From Candidatus Nomurabacteria bacterium (GTDB lineage: Bacteria; Patescibacteriota; Minisyncoccia; Phycocordibacterales; UBA5272), in assembly GCA_040376695.1 (NCBI GenBank), contig JBEIQD010000002.1, positions 14,633 to 78,632 of the forward strand: a stretch of DNA of 64,000 bases, in the 5' to 3' direction. Position 1 is the first letter of the stretch, and each line of letters opens with the position of its first letter. Shown one piece after another: positions 28,197 to 38,257 of the stretch. The notes below the pieces were generated by a model. That model worked only from the letters and a program-made list of their open reading frames with translations. It was not told the DNA's origin and searched no databases. The position numbers and the translations under genes are program-made.

Positions 28197-28727
28197 TTAA
28201 TTAAATCTCTCCATAGCTTTCTGATACCCGACTTCCACAATTGCAGTAAGCGCACCAACAACCTGTGGAGCAATCTCGCGCAAAACAGTTTCTTCATCTT
28301 CTCTAAACTTCCCCATCACAAAATCTTGCACTTCGGTACCGTGTGGAGGAATAATATCTTTACCATCCACATTCGCAGGCGCGATTCCGATACGAACACG
28401 AATAAACTCTTTTGTTCCAAGTGATTCTATAATACTTTTAACGCCATTGTGTCCTCCATCTCCCCTATCATGAGAGATACGAATCTTCCCGAGCGGAACA
28501 TCTTTATCGTCATACATAACAATAAGCTGTCGCCCTTCATGGTAACGCATAAAATTTGAAACGGCTTTACCACTTTCATTCATAAATGTATCAGGCACAA
28601 AAACTTCAACTGATTCTAATTTCTCTACATGACTTTCAATAAGTGTCAGCATGATTCTTGCAGCATTATGACGAGTGCGAACATATTTCTCACCAGGATT
28701 CCCGAGAGGAACGAGTGTGTATACCAT
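28197..28727 (-). CDS. pth: Peptidyl-tRNA hydrolase
   Basis: MVYTLVPLGNPGEKYVRTRHNAARIMLT... Start chosen at 28727; the ORF-track extension to 28814 adds a non-conserved 29 aa. Confidence 0.8.
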   Translation of the reverse strand: MVYTLVPLGNPGEKYVRTRHNAARIMLTLIESHVEKLESVEVFVPDTFMNESGKAVSNFMRYHEGRQLIVMYDDKDVPLGKIRISHDRGDGGHNGVKSIIESLGTKEFIRVRIGIAPANVDGKDIIPPHGTEVQDFVMGKFREDEETVLREIAPQVVGALTAIVEVGYQKAMERFN

Positions 28728-28813
28728 GCACACAGTATACATTTGTAGCGCATGAGTGACTAGATGCTCGAAAAGTTGCACACCACAATTCAACTCTATA
28801 TACTGAACACACA

Positions 28814-29542
28814 ATGTTCACATCCTTCACGAATCAGATGGTTGAATCACTCTTGGATGTATCACAAAATCCAGTAGCGCTCGGAATCTTTGGTATCATC
28901 GCAATACTCATTCTCTTACTCGTTCTTGCTATCATGTTTCCTTTCTGGAGAAAGACACTCGTCACAGTAAAAATCCTTGAGGAAGACGAAAAACCTTCTT
29001 CACTCCTTGCGTGGGTTATTGGAATCGTTATTATTGTAAAAGTTACCCAGATCTTTATCGTTCAACCTTTTATTGTAGACGGTGGATCAATGCTCCCAAC
29101 ATTTCACAATAAAGAATTCTTACTTGTAGACAAGTTTTCTTACTTCGTTGGAAAGCCTGACCGTGGAGACGTTGCTATCTTTAAACTCTACGAAGGTGGA
29201 ACAAATCCTTATACAGGCAAACATCTGATTAAGCGCGTTATTGGGCTTCCAGGTGAGCGAGTTGTTGTTAAAAACGGTGTAACATACATCTTTAATAAAG
29301 AAAATCCACAAGGATTTGAATTAGACGAAAGTTTCATTCTCTATAAAGATATGACTAAAAATGTAGATGTGACGCTTGATGAACACCATTACTTTGTAAT
29401 GGGAGATAACCGAACGCAGAGTTATGACAGTAGAGATTGGGGAGCTCTCGATGAAAAAAATCTCAAAGGACAGGTTCTCTTTCGGATGTTTCCACTTGAA
29501 GTTGCGTCCTATGAGCCAGGACAACATATCTATACTAAATAA
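28814..29542 (+). CDS. lepB: Signal peptidase I
   Basis: GGSMLPTF (catalytic Ser box) and GDNRTQSYDSRDWG. TATACT 10 nt before the ATG. Confidence 0.85.
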   Translation: MFTSFTNQMVESLLDVSQNPVALGIFGIIAILILLLVLAIMFPFWRKTLVTVKILEEDEKPSSLLAWVIGIVIIVKVTQIFIVQPFIVDGGSMLPTFHNKEFLLVDKFSYFVGKPDRGDVAIFKLYEGGTNPYTGKHLIKRVIGLPGERVVVKNGVTYIFNKENPQGFELDESFILYKDMTKNVDVTLDEHHYFVMGDNRTQSYDSRDWGALDEKNLKGQVLFRMFPLEVASYEPGQHIYTK

Positions 29543-29574
29543 TTGAAAGACTAATTACACAACCGCCACACGAT

Positions 29575-30897
29575 ATGAATGATGATACAAAAAAACAGAA
29601 AAGCGTAGAAGGAAAAAAGGAAGCCCCTACTTCACTTAAAGGTATGCATGACATCATGGGTGATCAGTATTATGCGTACCAAGGTCTTTTTGAAAAAGCA
29701 CAAGAAGTCGCTGTGTATTATGGATTCAAGCCCATCGAAACTCCAGTATTAGAAAAAGAAGAAGTGTTCACCTCAGCTCACGGCGAAGGAACCGACATTA
29801 TCGACAAGGAGATGTACACCTTCCGAGGTAAGGGAGCTGACAGATTAGCAGTACGCCCTGAATACACAGCAGCGGTTATGCGTGCGTATCTCGAGCATGG
29901 CATGGCAAATCTCCCTCAACCGGTCCTCCTTTATTCATACGGTCCAGTATTTCGTCATGAAAATCCTCAAAAAGGACGTCTTCGACAATTCAGACAGTTC
30001 AACCTAGAAATTCTTGGTACTGAGAAATCAATTGCTGATGCCCTCATCATTCGCACTCTCACAACCATCCTTGAAGAATTTGGGTTTAAGGATCTTATTG
30101 TTGATATTAACTCAATGGGAGACAAGGAGACTCGTCCAGCTTTTGTTAAGGAATTAACGAACTACTATAAAAAGCATCTTGAACAGCTTTGTAAAGATTG
30201 TCATGAACGTATTAAAACTAACCCTCTTCGTCTCTTGGATTGCAAAGTAGAGAGCTGCCAGCCGTTTAAAGAAAATGCCCCTTCTTCACTTTCGTTCCTC
30301 TCAAATGACGCACGCCACCACTTTAAGGAAGTGCTTCAATACTTGGAAGAAATGGGAATTCAATATCGTATTAACAACTCACTTGTTCGAGGACTTGATT
30401 ACTATTCACGTACCGTATTTGAAATCATCAAAATAGACGTAGACGAAAATGGAAAGGAAAAAGATATCACCATCACAGGAGGAGGTCGCTATGATTACCT
30501 AGGAAAAATGATGGGGTCTAAAAAAGATGTTCCTTCTGTTGGAACAGGACTTGGTATGGAACGTATTATGATGTTCCCAGAGTGTAAGCAACTTCCACCT
30601 CGTATCATGAAGCCTCCGAAGGTCTACTTTATTCAACTTGGATTTGAAGCAAAACTAAAGAGTCTCTGTGTCATGGAAGTATTGCGTAAAGCTCGTATCC
30701 CGGTACACCAGTCAGTAACAAAAGACTCTCTTGGTGCACAATTAGGACTTGCTGAGAAAATGGAAATTCCATACTGTATTATTTTTGGACAAAAAGAAGC
30801 CATGGATAATACCGTAATCGTACGCAACATGAGCACTCATTCTCAGGACACTGTGAAGATTGATGCGCTTTCAGATTACATCAAGCATTTAAAGTAA
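29575..30897 (+). CDS. hisS: Histidine--tRNA ligase
   Basis: Class II motifs; LRLLDCKVESCQ, GGGRYDYLG; 440 aa. Confidence 0.9.
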   Translation: MNDDTKKQKSVEGKKEAPTSLKGMHDIMGDQYYAYQGLFEKAQEVAVYYGFKPIETPVLEKEEVFTSAHGEGTDIIDKEMYTFRGKGADRLAVRPEYTAAVMRAYLEHGMANLPQPVLLYSYGPVFRHENPQKGRLRQFRQFNLEILGTEKSIADALIIRTLTTILEEFGFKDLIVDINSMGDKETRPAFVKELTNYYKKHLEQLCKDCHERIKTNPLRLLDCKVESCQPFKENAPSSLSFLSNDARHHFKEVLQYLEEMGIQYRINNSLVRGLDYYSRTVFEIIKIDVDENGKEKDITITGGGRYDYLGKMMGSKKDVPSVGTGLGMERIMMFPECKQLPPRIMKPPKVYFIQLGFEAKLKSLCVMEVLRKARIPVHQSVTKDSLGAQLGLAEKMEIPYCIIFGQKEAMDNTVIVRNMSTHSQDTVKIDALSDYIKHLK

Positions 30898-30898
30898 T

Positions 30899-31492
30899 AT
30901 GCCAAGGAAGGTAATCGGACTCGACTTTGACGATGTACTTCTACATTGTTTTAAACACCTGGTAGACTTCCACAATACTAAATACGGAACAGCACACAAA
31001 CTAGAAGAATATACATCGTATCAACCAACAAAACTTTGGAACTGTAACTATGAAGAAGTGATGCGTCGAGTTAAGGAATACCACGAATCAGAGTTTGCGA
31101 AGAATGTTGAACCTATTGCTGGAGCTATTGAAGCGGTACGAGAATTATCTAAAAACTTTGATCTAGTAATTGTCACCATGAGACCTCCGGAAACTGAGCC
31201 TGTTACTCGAATACTTCTTGAACAATTCCCTCCTGTATTTGAACGTGTTCATTTCATTGGATCATGGGATGGACTACCTGGGGCGAAAAATAAAGCGGAT
31301 ATCTGTAAAGAAATTGGCGCCTCCCTTTTTGTTGATGACAGTCTCCATAACGCGGAAATAATTAGTAACGCAGGAATCCCTGTTCTTCTCTTTGACGCAA
31401 ACTGGAATCAAGCAGAAATAACATCTCCTTTAGTAAAACGAGTCTTTTCTTGGGAAGAAATCCTAGAAGATATCAAAAATAGGTCGTTTTAA
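30899..31492 (+). CDS. HAD-superfamily hydrolase, 5'(3')-deoxyribonucleotidase-like
   Basis: N-terminal VIGLDFDDVL (DxD nucleophile motif) and later VDDS. 197 aa. Confidence 0.5.
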   Translation: MPRKVIGLDFDDVLLHCFKHLVDFHNTKYGTAHKLEEYTSYQPTKLWNCNYEEVMRRVKEYHESEFAKNVEPIAGAIEAVRELSKNFDLVIVTMRPPETEPVTRILLEQFPPVFERVHFIGSWDGLPGAKNKADICKEIGASLFVDDSLHNAEIISNAGIPVLLFDANWNQAEITSPLVKRVFSWEEILEDIKNRSF

Positions 31493-31551
31493 TCAGAATA
31501 CGCAGGTATATGTTGTCTTTTTAAGGCTTTTGTAGTAGAATAGACCCCACT

Positions 31552-31800
31552 ATGTCAAACGTAAATGTTGAAGTAAAGAAGAACGCAAACGAGAATGCAC
31601 TCTCACTTGTTCGCCGTTTCCAGAAGCGTGTTCAGGAGTCTGGCATTCTTCCACGCGTACGAGGTATTCGTTACAACGATCGCGAACTTTCTCCACTTAA
31701 AGTGAAGAAAGCAAAGCTAAAGAAACTTGCAGGTAAGGAAAAGTACGAACTTGCAAAGCGAATGGGAAAGATCATCGAGAAGAAGAAAGGTCGAAGATAA
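31552..31800 (+). CDS. rpsU: 30S ribosomal protein S21
   Basis: ALSLVRRFQKRVQESGILPRVRGIRYNDRELSPLKVKKAKLKK matches the S21 pattern. Promoter TTGTCT-17-TAGAAT upstream. Confidence 0.7.
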   Translation: MSNVNVEVKKNANENALSLVRRFQKRVQESGILPRVRGIRYNDRELSPLKVKKAKLKKLAGKEKYELAKRMGKIIEKKKGRR

Positions 31801-31805
31801 TCCCT

Positions 31806-32207
31806 ATGGCGATACTCGAGACAAAAAATCTCACAGTTATCCGTAAACAAGGCCCGTTACCAGACGTGCCTTTTTTGCTTATTAAAGAAAAGTTGATTGG
31901 TAAAAAATACGATCTCACTGTTATCTTTTGCACCCCAGAAGAATCAAGACTGCGAAACAAAACATACCGAGATAAAGATTACCCAACCAACATTCTCTCA
32001 TTTCCCCTCTCAGATACTGAAGGCGAAATCTATATATCACTCTCTACTGCACGAAAGGATGCAAAGAAGTTTGAAATGTCATACAGAAAATTTCTTCACC
32101 TTCTTTTTATCCATGGAGTTCTTCATTTGAAAGGACACGACCATGGTAGTACAATGGAAGAGTTAGAAGATACTAATCTACATACGTTTTATACAGAGCG
32201 TACGTAA
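31806..32207 (+). CDS. ybeY: rRNA maturation endoribonuclease YbeY
   Basis: HGVLHLKGHDHGSTMEELEDT (H..H.....H zinc motif). Confidence 0.85.
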   Translation: MAILETKNLTVIRKQGPLPDVPFLLIKEKLIGKKYDLTVIFCTPEESRLRNKTYRDKDYPTNILSFPLSDTEGEIYISLSTARKDAKKFEMSYRKFLHLLFIHGVLHLKGHDHGSTMEELEDTNLHTFYTERT

Positions 32208-32244
32208 TAACATACTATACCCAGTGGCACGTACACCTAGCGAC

Positions 32245-33393
32245 ATGATTGTGGGGATCGACATCGGAAGCGGAAGCTTGCGCGCTTTAGGCTGCGTCTA
32301 TGAAGATAACGCTCGTTTTCCGGTCGTTATCGCTACGTACAAAAAAGCTATCGAAGGAATTGACCGTGGAAACATCACCGATAGCGATGAAGCGGCAAAC
32401 GCCATCATGGATGCAATAACACACCTAGAAGAAGAGTCCGGTCACAACAGTCTCTACACACTTGTTTCGCTCGGTGCCACAGGACTCTCCTCAAGTCACT
32501 CAAACGGCCACACACAAGTGTCTCGTGGGGATGCATCAGTAACCGACCTTGATATTGAAAATGCCATTAAAGACGCAAATAAAGGTGTTCCTGATATTCG
32601 CAATAAATCAGTGGTACATACTATCCCGATGAAATATAAATTGGACGGTGTAGAAGTTCAAGGCGACATCATTGGCGTCCGCGGGAATAAACTTGAAGTA
32701 AAAACGCTCTTTGTTACCTACCCACTTCAATGCATGACAGTGCTCAAGAAAACTCTTGAAAAAGCACATGTGCGCGTAACAGACATTGTCGCTGGACCAG
32801 TAGCAGAAAGCATTCCCCTCCTTACCAAAAAACAAAAGGTTGCCGGGGTTGCTCTCGTTAATATTGGAGCAGCTGTCACCTCCCTTCTTGTCTACGAAAA
32901 CAATGTTCCGCTTCTTGTTTCTACAATCCCAGTTGGTGGAGACGATATAACAAAAGATATTGCACTAGGACTTAAGATAACTCTCGAAGAGGCTGAAGAA
33001 ATAAAAATAAAATCAACAACCATCCCTCATTCAAAACGCCGCGTTGAAGAAATTATTGAAGCGCGTCTTGAAGACATGTGTGTAAAATTAAATAAAGAAC
33101 TTGATCGTATTCATCGTCGCGAATTACTTCCAGCAGGAATTGTTGTATGTGGTTCATCTTCCCTTGTTCCACGGTTAGAGTATGTATTCCGAGCAGAACT
33201 TAAACTGCCAATTAAAGTTGCGACAAATGAACTAGTACGTTTAACCAACGACACACTACGAGATAGTGGCTGGGCACGTTGTTATGGGCTCACCTTCCTC
33301 GCACCAATTGATGGTGAAAAAGAAGCTTTTAAAGAACTTCTGACATCATTTATTGCACGTGTCAAGAAACTGATTGTTCAATTTCTGCCTTAA
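32245..33393 (+). CDS. ftsA: Cell division protein FtsA
   Basis: MIVGIDIGSGSLRA, actin-like ATPase. Immediately upstream of ftsZ. Start moved to 32245. Confidence 0.85.
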   Translation: MIVGIDIGSGSLRALGCVYEDNARFPVVIATYKKAIEGIDRGNITDSDEAANAIMDAITHLEEESGHNSLYTLVSLGATGLSSSHSNGHTQVSRGDASVTDLDIENAIKDANKGVPDIRNKSVVHTIPMKYKLDGVEVQGDIIGVRGNKLEVKTLFVTYPLQCMTVLKKTLEKAHVRVTDIVAGPVAESIPLLTKKQKVAGVALVNIGAAVTSLLVYENNVPLLVSTIPVGGDDITKDIALGLKITLEEAEEIKIKSTTIPHSKRRVEEIIEARLEDMCVKLNKELDRIHRRELLPAGIVVCGSSSLVPRLEYVFRAELKLPIKVATNELVRLTNDTLRDSGWARCYGLTFLAPIDGEKEAFKELLTSFIARVKKLIVQFLP

Positions 33394-33499
33394 TTTTCAA
33401 TGCTTTTTAGGAAAAGCGGGGAGAAAAAATGACTTTGCAAAACGTGGTACGAATTGGTATAGTTACTAGATAACCGATCTAATAACTATCACACCCACC

Positions 33500-34753
33500 A
33501 TGGCAAAAGTAAATCCAGAAATTGAAAGCTTCGCTCGTATCAAAGTCATTGGTATTGGAGGATCTGGAAAAGGTGCGCTCAATCATATGATTAACTCTAA
33601 ACTCCAAGGAGTAGAGTTCATCGCAATGAATACAGATACACAAGATCTTCACCACTCGCTCGCAGAAAAGAAAATTCATATTGGAAAAAATTTAACAAAG
33701 GGTCTTGGTGCTGGTATGGATCCAGAAATTGGAAAGCGTTCAGCAGAAGAAACTCGTGAAGAAGTGCAGGATGTTATCAAAGGAGCTGACATGGTATTCA
33801 TCGCAAGTGGAATGGGTGGAGGAACTGGAACTGGAGCTGCTCCTGTTATTGCATCCATTGCAAAGAACGAAGGCATTCTTACTGTTGGTGTAGTAACAAA
33901 ACCATTCTTCTTCGAAGGCGCATCTCGTATGAAACTCGCTGAACGAGGACTCGAGGAGCTAGAAAAAGAAGTGGATGCTCTTATTGTTATCCCTAACGAT
34001 CGCCTCCTTTCTGTTATTGATAAAAACACAACCGTTAAGCAAGCGTTTGAAATGTGTGACGAGGTATTGAAACAAGCAGTTGAAGGTATTTCAGACATCA
34101 TCCGAACGGCTGGAACTATCAACCTCGACTTCGCTGACATTAAGCGCATCTTGAAGGACTCTGGCACGGCGCTTATGGGTGTAGGTCGCGGTATGGGTGA
34201 AAACCGTGCGCGTGAAGCAGCAACAGCTGCAGTCAACTCTCCTCTATTGGACGTTTCAATTCATGGAGCTAAAGGTGTACTCTTTGCAATTTATGGCGCT
34301 GAAGATCTAGGAATGCTAGAAGTTCAAGAAGCCGCGAAAATTATCACTGAATCAGTTGATAAAGATGCAAAAATTATTTTCGGCATCGCTACTGATGCAA
34401 GTCTTAAAAAGGATGAGGTAAAAGTGACTGTTATCGCTACAGGATTCCCTACAGGATTCTCAACTCGTGGACACTCACCTTCTTCTCCATCTATTTCTGA
34501 AACAAGAAATGACTCAGAAACTATTCAACCAGAACCTCGCCTCGAAAAGAAAGAAACAATCAAAGAAGCGATTGAAGAATCAAAAGAAAATGGAGATACT
34601 TCAGAAAAGCGTATTGACTTGGACATGAAACCAGCAGAAGAAGAAAAGAAGCCTATTGCTGGAGATCGTCGAAAAACAGTTTTTAAATTTGATGATGACG
34701 AGGAAGAAGATGAATGGGAAGCATTGCCTCCATTCCTCCGTCGGAAGAAATAA
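33500..34753 (+). CDS. ftsZ: Cell division protein FtsZ
   Basis: GGGTGTGAAPVIA tubulin signature. Acidic, low-complexity C-terminal tail. Confidence 0.95.
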   Translation: MAKVNPEIESFARIKVIGIGGSGKGALNHMINSKLQGVEFIAMNTDTQDLHHSLAEKKIHIGKNLTKGLGAGMDPEIGKRSAEETREEVQDVIKGADMVFIASGMGGGTGTGAAPVIASIAKNEGILTVGVVTKPFFFEGASRMKLAERGLEELEKEVDALIVIPNDRLLSVIDKNTTVKQAFEMCDEVLKQAVEGISDIIRTAGTINLDFADIKRILKDSGTALMGVGRGMGENRAREAATAAVNSPLLDVSIHGAKGVLFAIYGAEDLGMLEVQEAAKIITESVDKDAKIIFGIATDASLKKDEVKVTVIATGFPTGFSTRGHSPSSPSISETRNDSETIQPEPRLEKKETIKEAIEESKENGDTSEKRIDLDMKPAEEEKKPIAGDRRKTVFKFDDDEEEDEWEALPPFLRRKK

Positions 34754-34756
34754 TAG

Positions 34757-34787
34757 TAAAAAACCGAGTCATGTGACTCGGTTTTTT
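34757..34787 (+). terminator. Terminator after ftsZ
   Basis: aaaaaCCGAGTCAtgTGACTCGGtttttt. Confidence 0.55.
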
Positions 34788-34831
34788 ACTGCTACGAAGC
34801 AAAAATAGTCACTATGATATACTCAAGTTCT

Positions 34832-35755
34832 ATGAATACTCTTTACGATCTTATCATTATTGGAGGAGGTCCTGCTGGCACCGCAGCGGCCGTATACGCC
34901 GCAAGAAAGCAACTTAAAACACTTTTGATACTTAAGGAGTGGGGCGGACAATCAATCGTCTCAGATGACGTACAGAACTGGATAGGAACACCTCATATCG
35001 CAGGAGCTAAGCTTGCTGATGCGTTGAAATCTCACGTTATGGAATACAAAGGAGATATCCTTACGATTGCAGAAAATGAGCTAGTCCAGAATATTTCTGG
35101 AGCGGACGGTGACTTCAGTATCACTACCGACAAAAATACCTTCAACGGAAAAACTGTTCTTATTGCTACAGGGTCTTCACGAAGGAAACTTGAAGTACCA
35201 GGCGCAACAGAATATGAAAACAAAGGTATTACCTACTGTGCGTCATGTGACGGACCTCTCTTTTCAGGAATGGATGTAGTTGTAGTTGGAGGTGGAAATG
35301 CAGGATTTGAGTCTGCAGCACAACTTCTCGCCTACTGTAAAAGTGTTACCCTTCTCTCAAGAAGTGAACCTCGAGCAGATGCAATCACTGTAGAAAAACT
35401 TAAAGCTCGTGAGCATTTCAAACTTGTCACTAACGCAATTCCAAAAAGCATCCAAGGTTCTGTATTTGTTGAATCAATCACCTACACCAAAACGGACACT
35501 GACGAAGACATCACTCTTCCTGTTTCTGCAGTATTTGTGGAAATTGGACCAATCCCTGCAACTTCATTTGCAGCAGGTGTTGTAGACATGACGGAAATAC
35601 ATACCATCAAAATTGACCCTCGAACACAAGAAACTTCAGTTAAAGGAATTTGGGCGGCTGGAGATTGTACCGATGTACTCTATCACCAGAACAACATAGC
35701 TGCAGGAGATGCAGTGAGAGCGCTCGAAGATATCTATCTTCACATTCACGCCTAA
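34832..35755 (+). CDS. trxB: Thioredoxin-disulfide reductase-like FAD/NAD(P) oxidoreductase
   Basis: LIIIGGGPAGTAAAVYAAR and redox-active TYCASCDG. Start at MNTLYDL with TATACT 9 nt upstream. Confidence 0.8.
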   Translation: MNTLYDLIIIGGGPAGTAAAVYAARKQLKTLLILKEWGGQSIVSDDVQNWIGTPHIAGAKLADALKSHVMEYKGDILTIAENELVQNISGADGDFSITTDKNTFNGKTVLIATGSSRRKLEVPGATEYENKGITYCASCDGPLFSGMDVVVVGGGNAGFESAAQLLAYCKSVTLLSRSEPRADAITVEKLKAREHFKLVTNAIPKSIQGSVFVESITYTKTDTDEDITLPVSAVFVEIGPIPATSFAAGVVDMTEIHTIKIDPRTQETSVKGIWAAGDCTDVLYHQNNIAAGDAVRALEDIYLHIHA

Positions 35756-36099
35756 GAACTTTGACTTTTCTTTTTTGGGATAGAAGCTACGGAAAGCGCT
35801 ATGTCTAACCATTCCTGCAGCTCACTTCTACTTTCTATTATTTCTTCTGGAACTAAAAAATAGTTCATTCCTTGTTCTTTCCCTTCTTTGGTATAGCTAA
35901 ATTTTCTTGACCCTCGAGACAGATACCATTCCGCTAATTCGTTTGACCCCTTAAACCAAAGTTGATCGTCCCCAACAATTGCAAATACTTTTCCATCAGC
36001 ATAGAGAGTGTAGCCACCCATCATGGCTCGAGACGTTACATGAAGTGACTCTTCAAAGACATCTCCCAACAAGTACTCAAGAAATGGTGTACTTTTCAT
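35752..36099 (-). CDS. TfoX N-terminal domain protein
   Basis: MMGGYTLYADGKVFAIVGDDQLWFK matches the TfoX_N (Sxy) core. Confidence 0.6.
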   Translation of the reverse strand: MKSTPFLEYLLGDVFEESLHVTSRAMMGGYTLYADGKVFAIVGDDQLWFKGSNELAEWYLSRGSRKFSYTKEGKEQGMNYFLVPEEIIESRSELQEWLDIALSVASIPKKKSQSS

Positions 36100-36111
36100 A
36101 CAGAGTACTAA

Positions 36112-36663
36112 TTACACTATGTTTGCAATCGCTGAAATGATAAGGTAACAGCCAATCGTATCCAATATATAGGTAAGCACAACAAGTTCCCAGAATTTTA
36201 TTTTTGACACACCCATGAACGTGAGTCCTATTTCATCAGGTAATGGAGATGCAATTATTATGCCCCCTAAAATACCAAGGCAAACCTTGGCAATTTTTGT
36301 TTTTGTTGCCCTTGCAATCATTTTCTTTGCGCGATCTCCCAGTTCATTTAAAATAACATCCTTAATAAACCTGAATATCAAAAGATCTGCCAAGAGTCCA
36401 CCGAGTGCAGCAATTAAAGATAGCGGCAGAACCATTTCTCTTGTGATGGAAAGCTCAGAAAAAAGCAACACAGAGAGCCCTGCGGTAAATGAAAATGAGT
36501 ACATAGCTCCTGACAAGAATACATAAATGATTTCATTTGTTTCTGCTGCCTTTGCGGCATACGTATCGATAATACCCAAACGCCCTACTGCCCACGCAAT
36601 CAAAAACGTGATAAATAGAATAATCGTATATTTATAGCGATGCATATATAGAAAGTATATCAT
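36112..36663 (-). CDS. Hypothetical integral membrane protein
   Basis: 183 aa, 5-6 TM helices. Confidence 0.45.
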   Translation of the reverse strand: MIYFLYMHRYKYTIILFITFLIAWAVGRLGIIDTYAAKAAETNEIIYVFLSGAMYSFSFTAGLSVLLFSELSITREMVLPLSLIAALGGLLADLLIFRFIKDVILNELGDRAKKMIARATKTKIAKVCLGILGGIIIASPLPDEIGLTFMGVSKIKFWELVVLTYILDTIGCYLIISAIANIV

Positions 36664-36735
36664 TAGAATACCTCTATTCTCTTGTGCTTCATACTATTTC
36701 ACATATGGATATAGCCTATATGCTATACTTTTTTC

Positions 36736-38256
36736 ATGAATGAAGCGTCTGAAATACAGAAAATTGCACAGTTTATTAAGCATATTCGTCAACAGCAAGG
36801 TATCACTCAAGAAGAATTTGCTAAAGCCTTAAAAACTACCCAAAGTGCAGTTGCTCGTATTGAAAGTGGTAACCAAAATATTACTATTGAACAACTCTCA
36901 AAAATCAGCGAAGTGCTTAAGCGGCCGATACTCTCGCTCAATGATACTATCGATTTTCAAGTAGAAGGAGAAAGGAAACTTTCTGGATCTATTGTCACCA
37001 ACACCTCAAAAAATGGTGCCATCAATATGATGGTCGCAGCTCTTGTAAACAACGGGACCACTGTTCTTCATGGTATCCCACATATTGAAGAGGTATATCG
37101 CTATAAAGAACTCTTGGAGAGTGTGGGTGTAAAGATCCGCTGGACCCACAATGATAGCGCTCTTGAAATTACTCCAGGTAAAAAACTATCCCTTACAAAA
37201 ATAGATAAAGAGGTTGCTGCACGCATTCGATCATTCACGTTTGCCGGAGCTTTTATTCACTATACCAATAGTTTTAACCTACCTCATTCCGGAGGATGCA
37301 AAATGGGAGAACGAACCGTTGCAAGCCACAAGTACGCCCTAGATTACTTAGGGGTAACCGTGGTTACGAAAGAAAACCATTACGTGGTTTCTCATAAGGA
37401 ACTTAAATCGGGGTCAACAATTCCCCTCTACGAAGCATCTGATACTGGCGCCATAACAGCCATTATTGCCGCTTCAAAAATTGAAGGAAAGACAACTATT
37501 AAATTTGCACCACCAAATTATCAAGTACAAGATGTTTGTTTTCTTCTAGAGCGATACGGAGTAAAAATAGATGGCATTGGGACTACGACACTTATTGTGC
37601 ATGGAAAAAAGAACATAGACGTGAATATCGAACATTACAATAGCGAGGACCCTATTGAGAGTATGTTCTTTATTGCTGCTGCGATTGTTACCAAATCAAC
37701 GCTCACTATTACACGTTGTCCAATCGATTTTCTTGAACTTGAGCTTGAAAAGTTAAAGCGAATGGGGCAAAAATATAAAATTTCCAAAGTGTACAAAGCA
37801 AAAAACGAAAGAACCTCTCTTGTAGATATTACTATCACTCCATCAAAGCTTATTGCCCCACATGAAAAGATAGCGGCCCAACCATACCCGGGAATTAATA
37901 ATGATAATTTACCTTTCTTTGTACCTATTTCACTCATGGCAGAAGGTCAAACCCTCATCCATGACTGGACATGGGAAAACAGAGCAATCTATTTTACAGA
38001 GCTTAACCGTCTTGGAGCTGACATTAAACTCCTAGACCCTCACCGAGCCCTTATAACAGGAAAGAATCGACTTCGAGGTGCACAGATTGTTTCACCTCCC
38101 GCACTTCGCCCGACAGCCATCATTCTTATTGCCATGCTTGCTGCCGAAGGAACATCCCTTCTTCGCAATGTGTATTCAATCAAACGAGGGTATGCTGATA
38201 TCGCTGAGCGCCTCAATTCTATTGGTGCAAAGATAACTGTTTTAAAAGGTATCTAA
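36736..38256 (+). CDS. murA: UDP-N-acetylglucosamine 1-carboxyvinyltransferase with N-terminal XRE-type HTH domain (fusion)
   Basis: Residues about 1-65 form an HTH_3 domain (QQGITQEEFAKALKTTQSAVARIESGNQNITIEQLSKISEVL). The remainder aligns along the full length of MurA (KNGAINMMVAALV...; PHSGGCKMGERTV with the catalytic Cys; C-terminal LRPTAIILIAMLAAEGTSLLRNVYSIKRGYADIAERLNSIGAKI). TATACT 8 nt before the ATG. Confidence 0.8.
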   Translation: MNEASEIQKIAQFIKHIRQQQGITQEEFAKALKTTQSAVARIESGNQNITIEQLSKISEVLKRPILSLNDTIDFQVEGERKLSGSIVTNTSKNGAINMMVAALVNNGTTVLHGIPHIEEVYRYKELLESVGVKIRWTHNDSALEITPGKKLSLTKIDKEVAARIRSFTFAGAFIHYTNSFNLPHSGGCKMGERTVASHKYALDYLGVTVVTKENHYVVSHKELKSGSTIPLYEASDTGAITAIIAASKIEGKTTIKFAPPNYQVQDVCFLLERYGVKIDGIGTTTLIVHGKKNIDVNIEHYNSEDPIESMFFIAAAIVTKSTLTITRCPIDFLELELEKLKRMGQKYKISKVYKAKNERTSLVDITITPSKLIAPHEKIAAQPYPGINNDNLPFFVPISLMAEGQTLIHDWTWENRAIYFTELNRLGADIKLLDPHRALITGKNRLRGAQIVSPPALRPTAIILIAMLAAEGTSLLRNVYSIKRGYADIAERLNSIGAKITVLKGI

Positions 38257-38257
38257 A

